From an uncultured Chloroflexia bacterium (GTDB taxonomy: Bacteria; Chloroflexota; Dehalococcoidia; DSTF01; JALHUB01): a stretch of DNA of 64,000 nucleotides. The position numbers and the translations under genes were made by a program. Shown one piece after another: positions 46,003 to 56,417 of this stretch. Where the stretch lies: contig OY969814.1 of assembly GCA_963703345.1 (NCBI GenBank), positions 1,408,001 to 1,472,000 on the forward strand. Reading direction: 5' to 3'. Under the pieces are notes generated by a model. That model was not told the origin of the DNA. It made no database searches and was given only the letters and a program-made list of their open reading frames with translations. Position 1 is the first letter of the stretch, and each line of letters starts with the position of its first letter.

Positions 46003-46364
46003 GAGCCGCGATGGAGCGCGCTCATTCCGCCATCATGCTTGCATTGCCAGACTTCCCGACATACCGGGAGTTGACTCGACGCTACCGGAGATCGACGTTT
46101 GCGTATCATGGAGCCATGACATCGGCTCTTGCTATCTGTCCTACGCTTACAGAACCACCCGTCCTATCTAATACTGAGCCGATACCGCGGCGACGGCGAG
46201 AACCCTAACCCTGTGGGATAGCGATATTCCGACGATGTGAGAAAGACAATGACCAGGATTCCTCAGCGTGCCCTTGCCCGGCGTCACGACAAACGTAGAG
46301 GCACACCAGCCCTGATGAGAGTTCCGAGAAACGCAAAGGTCTTAGCTGTTTACCGAGGTGTCTT

Positions 46365-49052
46365 TTGAGAGACCTAGAGTCATTGACCAATCCCAAAGCA
46401 ATTGCCCTGATAGGCGCCACCGACCGGGATGGCTCAGTCGGTCAAACTCTTGTGACAAATCTCCTGCTGGGAAAGGGTGAAAGGAAGATCTACTTTGTGA
46501 ACCCTAAGCGCGAGAGTGCGATGGGTGAAGAATGCTATGCCAGTGTAGCCGACGTCCCCGAGCCGGTGGACATGGCGGTCGTGGCCACTCCTGCCGAGAC
46601 AGTCCCGCATATAGTGGAAGAGTGCGGACAAGCAGGGGTGGGAGGAATGGTCATCATTTCGGCCGGATTCAGGGAGGCAGGGCAGTCCGGGAGGAAGATC
46701 GAGGACGAGATAGCAGCCATCAGGACGAGGTACGGGATGCGGATCCTTGGCCCCAACTGCCTCGGGATCATCAGACCTCACGCAAACTTGAACGCGACGT
46801 TCCTAAGACAGAACCCTGAGCCGGGACGAATGGCCTTCATATCCCAGAGCGGGGCGCTCGGATCAGCGATCCTCGATTGGGCCGTCAGCTCGAACGTCGG
46901 ATTCAGCGCATTCGTGTCCGTCGGCTCCATGCTGGACGTCGACTTCGGTGACCTGATTGACTTTCTTGGCGAAGACCCGTTTACCAGGAGCATAATAGTC
47001 TATATGGAGAGCGTGGGGAACGCGAGGCGATTCATGCGAGCGGCCAGGGGGTTCGCCAGAAAGAAGCCGATAGTCGTGATAAAGCCGGGGAAATACGCTG
47101 AGGGCGCCCGGGCGGCCCTGTCTCACACCGGAGCGATGGCCGGCAGCTATGAGGTGTACAGCGCTGCCTTCAGAAGAGCCGGAATAGTCCGGGTGGACGA
47201 AATCATGGATCTCTTCAACTGTGCGAGTGTCCTGGACTCCAAGTCTCTTCCCGCCGGGCCGAGAATCGCGATAATCACCAACGCCGGAGGTCCCGGGGTA
47301 ATAGCCGCCGATGCCGTAATGGGACGCGGGTGCGAACTCGCCCAGCTTTCCGAGGGGACGATTGCGGATCTTGACGCGTCTCTCCCCAGCTACTGGAGCC
47401 ACGCGAACCCCGTCGATGTGCTGGGGAATGCCGATGTTGACCGATTCGCGAAAGCGATCAGCACGTGCTTGGCCGATCCCGGCGTTGACGGCATAGTTGT
47501 CGTCTATACGCCGCAAGGTGCGGCGAGGCCGACCGAACTGGCGGAACGTGTCGTCGCCGCGGCAGAGAAGCGAATCAAGCCCATCCTGACCGTTTGGATG
47601 GGTGAGCATGAGGTTAGGGCCGGCCGGGAAGTGTTCCACAGCAAGAACATACCCACGTATGCATCCCCAGAGGCCGCAATAGGGACCTACATGTATATGT
47701 GGAAGTACAAACGCAATCTCGACCTACTCTATGAAACGCCCGAAGAACTCTCAGTGGGGCTCTCTCCTCCTTCCAGTCACGTCAGGCTCTTGGCAGAGCG
47801 TGCTCTGCGAGAGGGGAGAGTCTTCCTGACCGAAGACAAAGCTGACAGGTTCCTCGATACTTACGGGATACCAAGGGCAAGAGGGGTCCTTTGTACGAGC
47901 GTCGAGCAGGCTGCGTCCGCAGCGGTCTCCATAGGGTACCCCGTCGTTCTCAAGATAGTCTCGCCGGACATCATTCACAAAGTCGATGCCGGCGGAGTCA
48001 TCACCGGGGTGAGGTCCGAGACCGAGCTGAAAGAAGGTTTTTCCAAACTCCTGGATCGGGTCCGTGAGAAATCGCCGCAGGCGCAGATTGAAGGCGTCTA
48101 CGTCCAGAAAATGATTGAGGACGTGAGCTACGAACTGATCCTCGGATCGAAAAAGGACGAGGACTTCGGCTCGGTGATACTATTCGGAGCAGGCGGGATA
48201 GGCGTCGAGGCATACAGGGACTTCTCGATGGGGCTCCCCCCTCTCAACCAGACGCTAGCTCGGAGGCTGATGGAGGATACTAAGATATGGGAGATTCTTA
48301 AGAACGGACTTAGGAGCAGGCCTCCGGCTAACCTCAGACTTCTCGAGGAGATCGTGGTCAAGTTCTCGAACTTGGTGGTCGATTTCCCCGAGATAGCCGA
48401 GATTGACATAAACCCGCTGGCAGTCTGTGGGCAAGGAATCTACGCCCTCGACTCGAGGATAGTCCTGGACCCGCAAGGGTTGGACTCCAAGGATCCCTAC
48501 CGCCATCTCGTGATAATGCCCTACCCCGTCAGGTACATGACGCCTTGGAGACTCAAGGATGGCACTGAGGTTCTCCTCAGGCCCATACGCCCCGAGGACG
48601 AACCTCTGGAGGCGGAGCTAATCCGGGGCCTCTCCGACGAAACAAGCCGATTCAGGTTCTTTCAGGTGATGAGAAACATCACTCACGAGATGCTGATGGG
48701 GTACTGTAACATAGACTATGACCGCGAGATGGCGATAATTGCCGAGCTAACGGAGGGCGGTAAGAAGAGAAACATAGGGGTTGGTAGGCTGATAACGGAG
48801 CCCGGTGACAAACGGGCCGAGTTTGCAGTAGTGGTGGCCGACGACTTTGCTGGCAAGGGTCTTGGAATCAAGCTGGTGGACATGCTGATCGGCATAGGTG
48901 AGGAAAAAGGCCTGGAGACCATCTACGGAATAGTCCTGCCTGAGAACACGAAAATGATGGGTCTCTGTCGGGCTCTCGGGTTCGACATCAAGTACGGGCC
49001 TGGGGAAGTTGAGGTGGAGCTTAAGCTGGCAGGTCGGGGCAAGGATTCCTAG
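46365..49052 (+). CDS. Bifunctional acetate-CoA-ligase-family / GNAT protein (Pat/PatZ-type lysine acetyltransferase)
   Basis: GPNCLG, SQSGA, SHTGA.AG, TNAGGPG, ATP-grasp DINPL and C-terminal GNAT (RPIRPEDE, IDYDREMA, GKGLG). Confidence 0.9.
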   Translation: MRDLESLTNPKAIALIGATDRDGSVGQTLVTNLLLGKGERKIYFVNPKRESAMGEECYASVADVPEPVDMAVVATPAETVPHIVEECGQAGVGGMVIISAGFREAGQSGRKIEDEIAAIRTRYGMRILGPNCLGIIRPHANLNATFLRQNPEPGRMAFISQSGALGSAILDWAVSSNVGFSAFVSVGSMLDVDFGDLIDFLGEDPFTRSIIVYMESVGNARRFMRAARGFARKKPIVVIKPGKYAEGARAALSHTGAMAGSYEVYSAAFRRAGIVRVDEIMDLFNCASVLDSKSLPAGPRIAIITNAGGPGVIAADAVMGRGCELAQLSEGTIADLDASLPSYWSHANPVDVLGNADVDRFAKAISTCLADPGVDGIVVVYTPQGAARPTELAERVVAAAEKRIKPILTVWMGEHEVRAGREVFHSKNIPTYASPEAAIGTYMYMWKYKRNLDLLYETPEELSVGLSPPSSHVRLLAERALREGRVFLTEDKADRFLDTYGIPRARGVLCTSVEQAASAAVSIGYPVVLKIVSPDIIHKVDAGGVITGVRSETELKEGFSKLLDRVREKSPQAQIEGVYVQKMIEDVSYELILGSKKDEDFGSVILFGAGGIGVEAYRDFSMGLPPLNQTLARRLMEDTKIWEILKNGLRSRPPANLRLLEEIVVKFSNLVVDFPEIAEIDINPLAVCGQGIYALDSRIVLDPQGLDSKDPYRHLVIMPYPVRYMTPWRLKDGTEVLLRPIRPEDEPLEAELIRGLSDETSRFRFFQVMRNITHEMLMGYCNIDYDREMAIIAELTEGGKKRNIGVGRLITEPGDKRAEFAVVVADDFAGKGLGIKLVDMLIGIGEEKGLETIYGIVLPENTKMMGLCRALGFDIKYGPGEVEVELKLAGRGKDS

Positions 49053-49487
49053 GTCAAGCTCCAGGCTGAGTTTTCTCATGACAGATACCAGGCGGGGGCC
49101 TTTCGGCTCCCACCTGGTTTGTCAAGGCGATGGCATCTCGGTCTTGCGAAAAACACTTGAAACCAGCCTGACGCGCCGCATCCTAGCGCCGGAAGAGCCG
49201 TCTGTCATAGATTCAGCGGAGCCGGCACCGTCTTCCCTTAGTGTCTGCATCAATTGCGGAAATGTCATTTGGCCGGCCACACTTCCTGAGACGCCGTCAA
49301 TCACGGACACGCCCGAGCGTCACGCGTGGCCGCCGGTTGGAAGGCTAGTGCGGGTCCGGTGAGCTCGCGCTAGGCAAGGCGTGCGATCACAGGCACCTTC
49401 GCCGCGGAAATCGTTCAATTCCTGAGTTAGTGCGCTTGTGAAGCGGGCGACGCTATGCTAGGCTTACGGGGCGGAAGGGGTGCCAGC

Positions 49488-49967
49488 ATGTCTCCGGAGG
49501 ACAGACCGATCGCACTTGCCCAGAGGGCTAAAGAGACCCTCGCCCTATCCGGCAACTGTGCCCAGACGTCGTTCGCGGTGCTCCAGCAGGAGTTCAATCT
49601 TGAAGGCGGGGCAGTCCTCAAGGCCCTCACCCCTTTCCCCGGCATTGCCTTGCGGGGCGAGACCTGCGGGGCGGTTGTCGGGTGCCTGATGGCAATCGGA
49701 TTGGTCTACGGCAGGGACAATCTCGATGACTGGAAGGGATACATCGCCTCCCTTCCTGCCTCTCGGAAGTTCTGTCAGCGATTTGAAGAGGCACACGGCA
49801 GCACGGCATGCGCTGGCCTTCTTGAAGCCAAGCTGGGCCGAAGGTTCAATCTCGCCGACCGTGGCGACTCCCTCGAGTACGCTGCCGCCGGAGGGCCGCA
49901 GGCATGCGGCGAGATAGTTGCCAGTGCGGTTCAAATCGCCGCCGGACTGATCACGAAGAAGGGCTAG
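49488..49967 (+). CDS. C_GCAxxG_C_C family putative redox-active protein
   Basis: NCAQ, GETCGAVVG, F...HGSTAC and C motifs. Confidence 0.8.
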   Translation: MSPEDRPIALAQRAKETLALSGNCAQTSFAVLQQEFNLEGGAVLKALTPFPGIALRGETCGAVVGCLMAIGLVYGRDNLDDWKGYIASLPASRKFCQRFEEAHGSTACAGLLEAKLGRRFNLADRGDSLEYAAAGGPQACGEIVASAVQIAAGLITKKG

Positions 49968-50288
49968 CCTCCGCATAACAACCTCGTCGCCTAGCCGCTG
50001 CGCGGCTGCTACCTGATCTTCCGAATCAGGCGGCCTGTCTGCTTGTAGAGCTGCCGGCGCACGAGGTGGGCGCCTATGCGCCGCGGGCGGCCGCTAGCGA
50101 TGATGCTCGCCGTTTGTCAGCAGGCCAGCGAGGGCGAACAACTTGCGGCTCACATCGCTCCTCCTTTAGCCTGCCCGCCAGCGCCTCCTGGCGTACCAGC
50201 CGCCCGCCGCGAGGACAGCGGCGGCATGATGCGAGGCGAGAACGCCGTCGCCAGCGTCTACATCCTCTCGCTGTGACGCGTTGGACGC

Positions 50289-51056
50289 TTAGCTCACGCT
50301 GGTCAGGCAGTAGAGGTTCGTCTTTTTCGTGTGCTGATAGAAGCCCTGCTCGCACATCGCCGGTGTGCCGTCAGCTGGCGAATCGACGCCTGCGATCAGC
50401 GTGAACGTCTTGCCGTCGGAAACGTACCAGTAGCCGTTGGTAATGGGATCTCCGTTCGGATCGCTCGGTATCGGGTCAAGGTAGTCCTTGATCTTGCAAA
50501 GAGTGTCCAGGCCCACGTAGCCGCACCCCGATTGGATATCTCCGTCGGTGCTGGGGAATTCGCCCTTGTCGGTCCTGTATTGGTCCAGCGCGACTCCGAT
50601 CCTATACAAATCGGAGGCCCGCGTTTGGTCGCGCGCGCGTGCCACAACGTCCGGCATAGCAGTCGGTCCCAGCGTCGGCGAAACGTGCGCCGCTTCGACG
50701 GTAGAACCGAATCCTTCCGCCGGCTGCGCCTGATTCTGAGGCTTAGCGCTGGTCGGGCCACCTGACGCCAGGTCCAGCGCCAGTGCGATGACGATGACGA
50801 GGATGACCGCCGCCACGGGTGTGTACGGGAGCCATTTGCGCCATTGTTGTCGCGAGCTGCCGGCACCCACGGCGTCGGCGAAACGTGCGCCGCTTCGGGT
50901 GGAGCGAATCACCTCTGGCGGCTGCGCCTGATTCTGTGGCTTCGCGTTCGTTGGATCGCCATGCGCCAGATAGAATGCCAGCGCGATGAGGATCACGAGG
51001 ATGACCGCCGCCACAGGTGTGTACGGGAGCCAGTTGCGCCATCGTTCTCGCGACAC
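50289..51056 (-). CDS. GspG/pseudopilin-like protein with duplicated N-terminal TM segment
   Basis: Two WR.WLPYTPVAAVILVI.IALA segments, then ARARDQTRASDL..I..AL.QY..D.G.FP...DP...Y.Y.SDG.TFTL. Confidence 0.6.
   Translation of the reverse strand: MSRERWRNWLPYTPVAAVILVILIALAFYLAHGDPTNAKPQNQAQPPEVIRSTRSGARFADAVGAGSSRQQWRKWLPYTPVAAVILVIVIALALDLASGGPTSAKPQNQAQPAEGFGSTVEAAHVSPTLGPTAMPDVVARARDQTRASDLYRIGVALDQYRTDKGEFPSTDGDIQSGCGYVGLDTLCKIKDYLDPIPSDPNGDPITNGYWYVSDGKTFTLIAGVDSPADGTPAMCEQGFYQHTKKTNLYCLTSVS
50672..51053. repeat. Intragenic tandem duplication (~200-bp unit: 50672-50855 and 50872-51053)
   Basis: Shared blocks gcgtcggcgaaacgtgcgccgcttcg, cggctgcgcctgattctg and gtgtacgggagcca.ttgcgccat. 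Confidence 0.8.
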
Positions 51057-51323
51057 GTCATCCCCCTCCTAACATACCCGCGACGCTGGCACCATTTTCC
51101 CGCATCGGACGCACTCGATACATTAGGGCTGCCCCTTACTTTTGCTCCGAGCGGGCGCTGGTGGCGCTCAGACGCGCTACAATCCGGCCGGTGCCTTCTT
51201 CGGGACGCCGCATGACGACGGCGGGGATGATGGGGCTGGGCCGGCAAACGCGATCATGTTCAGGCCGCGAGTCGCGGCAGTGGCAGGCTGACTAGGTTGG
51301 GGGGTGTCGTTCTTCCCGCCGGG

Positions 51324-51491
51324 TTAGGCTTGTCGCTGCTGGAACCCGCTTACGGACATCGCCAGCGCCACGACCCAGCCAATGAACGTCCAACCGAGAA
51401 ACAAGTTGAGAATGAGAATAGACGCCGCGTGCGGATGACTCCTCCCGAAGGCAACGAACGTAGGCGCGAAATAGAGGGCGAGCAGCAACAC
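51324..51491 (-). CDS. Superinfection immunity protein (T4 Imm-like family)
   Basis: Manually translated as (V)LLLALYFAPTFVAFGRSHPHAASILILNLFLGWTFIGWVVALAMS. AAGGAGG upstream, promoter TTGACA-16-TATACT at 51568-51595. Confidence 0.8.
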   Translation of the reverse strand: MLLLALYFAPTFVAFGRSHPHAASILILNLFLGWTFIGWVVALAMSVSGFQQRQA

Positions 51492-51837
51492 GACGAGTAC
51501 TAAGCCTCCTTCTTGTTAGCGGGAACGCTAGACAGCGGGATTTCTGAGACGAGGAACTAATGCGCCAAGTATAGCGCTGGCGAAGCGTTTGTCAAGCGGG
51601 CGCACAAAAAGCATAGAGGGTGCTGCTGGGCAAAGCCAATCGATCGTCACCATTTCCGGATGGTGATGCCTCGCAGACCGGAAACGACAGAGCATCTGAC
51701 TCCGAGGCAGAGGGCCTTGGGAGTGACCGCAGACGTCGGGAAACGAAGGTTGGGGGAGTGAGGTCCCGCCACAACCATCTCTTGGCGAAGGCGGCCACGA
51801 TTCCTGTCCCTGGTGTGGCTTGGTCCTTGCGGGTGGC

Positions 51838-54800
51838 CTATTCCGGGCGGATCTCTGCCGCGAGTCGGATGCCCTGCACGTGGTCCGAGTTGAGGAATGT
51901 ATCTCGGAGCGATCCGTCGCTGAGTCTGGCGGCTACTCCCTCAATGACGGCGATTGCATCCCGATAGGCTTGGAGGGCATCGTCGGGCCTCCCCTGGGCC
52001 TTTCGCAGGTTTCCCAGGGCGGCCTGAGTCTTCCAGAGCTGGGGCGGGTTGCCGACCTGCTGGGCGATCTCTAGGGCCGTGGCAAGCTCCTTCTCCGCCT
52101 CCGGCAGCTTGCCCTGGGCCAGGAACACCTGCCCCCGTAGCCGGCAGCCCTTGACGATGTTCTTCCTGCTGTCGCTTTGTTCCGCCAGGGCCAGGCACTC
52201 GTCGGCGCAGGCAAGGGCCTTGTCGTAATCGCCCCTGACCAGCCAAAGCTCGCCGTAGCTGTGGAACAGGTGCTGGGAGTAGCGCCAGAGCATCCAGCGG
52301 TCCTGGGGCCGTGGGTTTCGTACCACCTGCTCGACCCTCTGGAACTGCTCGTCGGCCTCATCGGGGCGGCCCAGGGCTAGCAGGTTGTCTCCAAGGTTCA
52401 GGCGGGCGTTGCTTTCGCACTCAGGGTCAGGGAGGTTTGCCTCCACTGCCGCCTCGACCCCCCGCCCGTTCCACTCCATTGCCTGCTGGTGGTCCTGGAG
52501 CTCGCCGTACACCCAGCCTATGGTGTTCACGACGCGAGCCCGAGTAAAGACGTCGCCCACGCGGCCGCAGGTCGCGAGTAGATGCGCGAGGAGAGCAAGG
52601 GTCTGCTGGCAGTCTCCCCTGCCCCCACGGGCAAGGGCGTCTGCCCACTGATTCCACATGAGCGGGGTGATCTGACGGCCTTTTTCGGCGGCCCCGCGCC
52701 AGCGCTCGAGGACCTCGAGGGCTTCATTGAAGCGGCCAGCCCAGATGGACCTCAAGCTGCGGTTCACGCCCCACCAGGCCCCAGTGAGGCGATTACCAAC
52801 CTCGGGCGCCAGCTCCTCCGCCGTCCGCGTGAGGGGTTCGGCCTCAGCGTGGCGGTTGATAACCACGTACATCGAGGCGAGCTCGGAACTCGCGACGAAG
52901 CGAACGTCGTTGAAACCCTCATCGCCAATCGCCAGAGCGGCCCTCAACGTTCCCTCCGCTGTCTCGAACTCGTGGTCCCAGAACTCGCCGGCACCGCGTC
53001 GGGCGAAAGCGATCCCCTCCAGGTGCCGGTCGCCCAAGCTGCGGGCGGCCACCCGCATCCGGTCGAAGTCGGCGGCGGCGCCCGAAAAGTCCCCGATCGT
53101 GATGTCTACGAAGGCCCGGCTCAAGGCTATGGAGGCGGATACCGCAAGGGCCGACTTGCCCAGCCTCTCGCACACCTCCAGAGCCTGGGCGTAGTACTCT
53201 AGCGCGTCCTGGTTGGCGTAGGCAGCGGCCGCCTTCTCGCCGGCCTTCGCTAGGTAGTCCAGGGCCTTGTCCCACTCCTGCCCCTCGGAGTAGTGGTGGG
53301 CCAGCGCCTCGTAGTGCTCAGGCAGGCGGTCGGCGTACAGCTCCTCGATGGCCGCCGCCACGATGCGGTGGAGCGCCTTGCGCCGTCCCAGCACCAGGGT
53401 GGAGTAGGCCACGTCATGGGTGAGGGCGTGCTTGAACATATAGGACAGCTCGGGGAAGTAGGCCTTCTCGTAGATCAGCTCCAGTGATTTGAGCTCGGCC
53501 AGCAGGTCGTCCGGCTTCGCCTCGATGTCCGAGATGCGATTCAGCAGCCGCACCGTGAACTCGCGGCCGATGACGGAGGCGAGCTGGATGGCTTCCCTGG
53601 CCTGGCGCTCCAGCCGGTCGATGCGGCTGAGGATCACCTCCTGGATGGTGTCGGGCACCCGGATCTGCTCCAGGGCGCGTTCCACCGAGTAGCTACCGTT
53701 GGTCTTGCGGAGGACGCCGGATTCTACCAGAGACTTGGTGACCTCCTCGATGTAGAAGGGGTTGCCCTCCGCCTTGCTGGTGATGAGCTGCTGGAGCTGC
53801 TGGGGCAGCGTGGCCACCTGGAGCACCCGCTCTGCCATGGCGGCGCTCTCCTCCGGCGGCAGGTGGCCCAGGGCCAGGCGGCTGTAGTAGGTGCGCTCGC
53901 CCAGGGAGTGGGCGTAGCCGGGCCGGTAGGTCAGGATCAGCAGCACCGGCGCCAAGGCGACGACGTCCACCAGCGCCGCCAGCGCCTCCTCTGACATCTC
54001 GTCCACCCAGTGCAGGTCCTCCACGATCACCACTAGCGGCCGCCGGCGGCTCTCCTGGAGGAGGAGCGCCCGCAGGCTGTCGAAGACGCCGGCCCGCCGC
54101 TCCAGGGGGTCCATGACCGTCACAGCCGGGTCGCCGGGGTCTACGTTCAGCAGGTACTTGAGATAGGGGACTGTCGCCTCGGCCGCTTCGTCCCAGGGGG
54201 CCGTGCCCTCGTCAACTTTGCGGATAATGGCGGCATCATTGTCCGCCTCCTGCACGCCGAAGTTGCCCTTCAGGATGTCGATGATGGGCAGGTAGGGGAT
54301 GTTCTTGCCGTAGGAGATGCAGGGGCCTTCCAGCCAGGTGGCCGCCTCGTCTAGGATAGAGCGGCGGAACTCCAGGAGGAGGCGGGACTTGCCGATACCG
54401 GCCTCGCCCGAGACGAACACCACCTGTCCCTGGCCCCGCTTGGCCTGTTCCAGGTAGCCCCTGAGCACGGTCAGCTCCTGGTCGCGGCCGATGAAGGGGG
54501 TGAGGCCGCGCTCAGCTGCCGCTTCGAGGCGGGTGCGCACCGCCTTCTCCCCCACGGCCCTGTAGGCCACCACCGGCTCCGCTTTGCCCTTTACCGTTAG
54601 CGCCCCCAGCAGCTCGCACTCGAAGTAGTCCTGTACCGCCCGGTAGGTGTTCTTGCTCAGGTAGACCGCGCCGGGCTCGGCTAGCTGTTCCATTCGGGCT
54701 GCCAAGTTCACGGTGTCGCCCAGGGCCGTGTAGTCCATGTTCAGGCTGTCGGAGATCTTGCCGACGACCACGGGGCCGGTGTTGAGGCCGACGCGAAAGC

Positions 54801-55347
54801 GGCACTCGATGGCATGGCGCTTCTTGACCTCCGCGCCATGTTCGTCGAGGGATTTCTGCATCTCCAGGGCGGCGGCCACGGCGCGGCGGGCCGAGTCCTC
54901 GTGGGCGATAGGGGCACCGAACAGGGCCATGACGCCGTCACCCGTGAACGTCGTAACCGTGCCCTCGTAGCGGTGGACAGCCTCCATCATCCGGCTGAGG
55001 CAGGCCTGCATCAGGTCGTAGACGTCCTCCTCGTCCAAGCGCTCAGAGATAGGAGTGAAGCCCATGGCGTCTGCGAATAGGACGGTCACTGTGCGGCGTT
55101 CGCCTTCCAGCGCGGCGCGGTCGTGGAGAATCTTCTCGGCCAGGTGAGGCGGTGTGTAGGTAAGGGGATCCAGAGCGGGGACCCCCTTCGAGGGCTCAAC
55201 TACGCGATGGCCGCAGGAGTCGCAAAAGAGAGCTGCGCGCCTAAGCTGTGCCCCGCAGCTCGTGCAGACATCTACCAGGGCTGCGCCGCATTGGTCGCAG
55301 AAGGATGCCGTTTCACGATTGTCGTGGCCGCACGAACGGCACAGCAT
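51838..55347 (-). CDS. Adenylate/guanylate cyclase with double zinc ribbon, AAA/STAND ATPase and TPR repeats
   Basis: Four CxxC, ERRTVTVLFAD, F.GDG.MALFG, GDTVN.AARM, GEAGIGKSRL, EDLHW.D, GNPF and TPR tail. Confidence 0.9.
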   Translation of the reverse strand: MLCRSCGHDNRETASFCDQCGAALVDVCTSCGAQLRRAALFCDSCGHRVVEPSKGVPALDPLTYTPPHLAEKILHDRAALEGERRTVTVLFADAMGFTPISERLDEEDVYDLMQACLSRMMEAVHRYEGTVTTFTGDGVMALFGAPIAHEDSARRAVAAALEMQKSLDEHGAEVKKRHAIECRFRVGLNTGPVVVGKISDSLNMDYTALGDTVNLAARMEQLAEPGAVYLSKNTYRAVQDYFECELLGALTVKGKAEPVVAYRAVGEKAVRTRLEAAAERGLTPFIGRDQELTVLRGYLEQAKRGQGQVVFVSGEAGIGKSRLLLEFRRSILDEAATWLEGPCISYGKNIPYLPIIDILKGNFGVQEADNDAAIIRKVDEGTAPWDEAAEATVPYLKYLLNVDPGDPAVTVMDPLERRAGVFDSLRALLLQESRRRPLVVIVEDLHWVDEMSEEALAALVDVVALAPVLLILTYRPGYAHSLGERTYYSRLALGHLPPEESAAMAERVLQVATLPQQLQQLITSKAEGNPFYIEEVTKSLVESGVLRKTNGSYSVERALEQIRVPDTIQEVILSRIDRLERQAREAIQLASVIGREFTVRLLNRISDIEAKPDDLLAELKSLELIYEKAYFPELSYMFKHALTHDVAYSTLVLGRRKALHRIVAAAIEELYADRLPEHYEALAHHYSEGQEWDKALDYLAKAGEKAAAAYANQDALEYYAQALEVCERLGKSALAVSASIALSRAFVDITIGDFSGAAADFDRMRVAARSLGDRHLEGIAFARRGAGEFWDHEFETAEGTLRAALAIGDEGFNDVRFVASSELASMYVVINRHAEAEPLTRTAEELAPEVGNRLTGAWWGVNRSLRSIWAGRFNEALEVLERWRGAAEKGRQITPLMWNQWADALARGGRGDCQQTLALLAHLLATCGRVGDVFTRARVVNTIGWVYGELQDHQQAMEWNGRGVEAAVEANLPDPECESNARLNLGDNLLALGRPDEADEQFQRVEQVVRNPRPQDRWMLWRYSQHLFHSYGELWLVRGDYDKALACADECLALAEQSDSRKNIVKGCRLRGQVFLAQGKLPEAEKELATALEIAQQVGNPPQLWKTQAALGNLRKAQGRPDDALQAYRDAIAVIEGVAARLSDGSLRDTFLNSDHVQGIRLAAEIRPE

Positions 55348-56417
55348 ACGTCCCGCCGATCTTCCGCGTTGCATCGGAAGCTTTCGCGGACGCACCGATC
55401 TTGCATCAGGCTAAGAGAAATGTCAAATGTGGCGACGCCCGAAAAGTTGCCCCTTCAGACGGGTCCCGGCCCCATGGCTCCAATTGGGATCGTCAGACTC
55501 TTGCCGGGCTAACGATTAGCCGCACGATGCACGCTTAGTGTGCGTTGGAGGGCACGATTAGGTTGTTCGCTGTCTGACTGCTGGACTAGAAGTCCGCGAC
55601 CACCATGCGCTGTGCTAAACAGGTTCAGGAGGCTACCGGCAGTGAGCGAAGGGCGTCCAGTTACACGGTGAAACTATGCTCCCCGCGCTGCGACCGCCAC
55701 ATCCTCCGTAGAGACTACTGGTGAACAGCGGCCGGCAGAATCCGTGAATCCTTCACACCTATTTCACGGGATCTCCCCTGGTCTCCACACTGAACGGCAC
55801 ACTTGGCGCCCAAAATTGGTTATGGCCCGCCTGATGGATCCCCGTCCGGTGTTGGGGCTGCTGGCCGGCGGGTTAGGAGCGCCTTGCATCGCGGGACGTG
55901 CACTCCGTTGAGTGCGGTTCTTATACGGAACGGTGAAGGTGCAGTCGCATCCGTGTTCGCCGCGGCGACAAGGTTGACACGGGATTGAGCCGAAAATGGC
56001 ACCGTCTTTCGAGAGCGGAGCCTCCTTGGGTCGTCAACAACCCGGCTCGCCCGTCGCGTCCTCGCGGCATCCTCACAGCGAAGGGAGGAGGTGATGGCTC
56101 AGATGCGCTGACTTAGGGCGGGCGAGGCCCGCGGCTCCTGTGCTAGCTCCGGTAGCCCTGGTTTCTACGTCGAGTCGCCGTCGTCCTTGCATCGCTCTAC
56201 CTCATCGAGCAGGATCATTATCGGCGTCGCTGAGTTGCGGACGACGTGCTTCTTCATGGTCGCGGCCAGGGCGTCGAGCCATTGCCGCCTCACCTTGTCA
56301 CCTCCGTCAGCGAGACGATTTCCCCCAGCGTCACGACCGGCGGGAGGCCGGGGGAGTCGCACCGATAGCGCCAGCCGAGCATCCGGCCGATCCGCTGATC
56401 TTGGGCAGCGGTCAAAC

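Larger units (their letters stand above)
38086..56417. mobile_element. Genomic island A (18.4 kb) between the tRNA-Gly 5'-half repeats; no integrase seen; left end resembles a decayed sister of element B
   Basis: Flanking 101-bp direct repeats, pseudogenes, an RM enzyme, a superinfection immunity gene and mixed codon usage. Confidence 0.6.
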
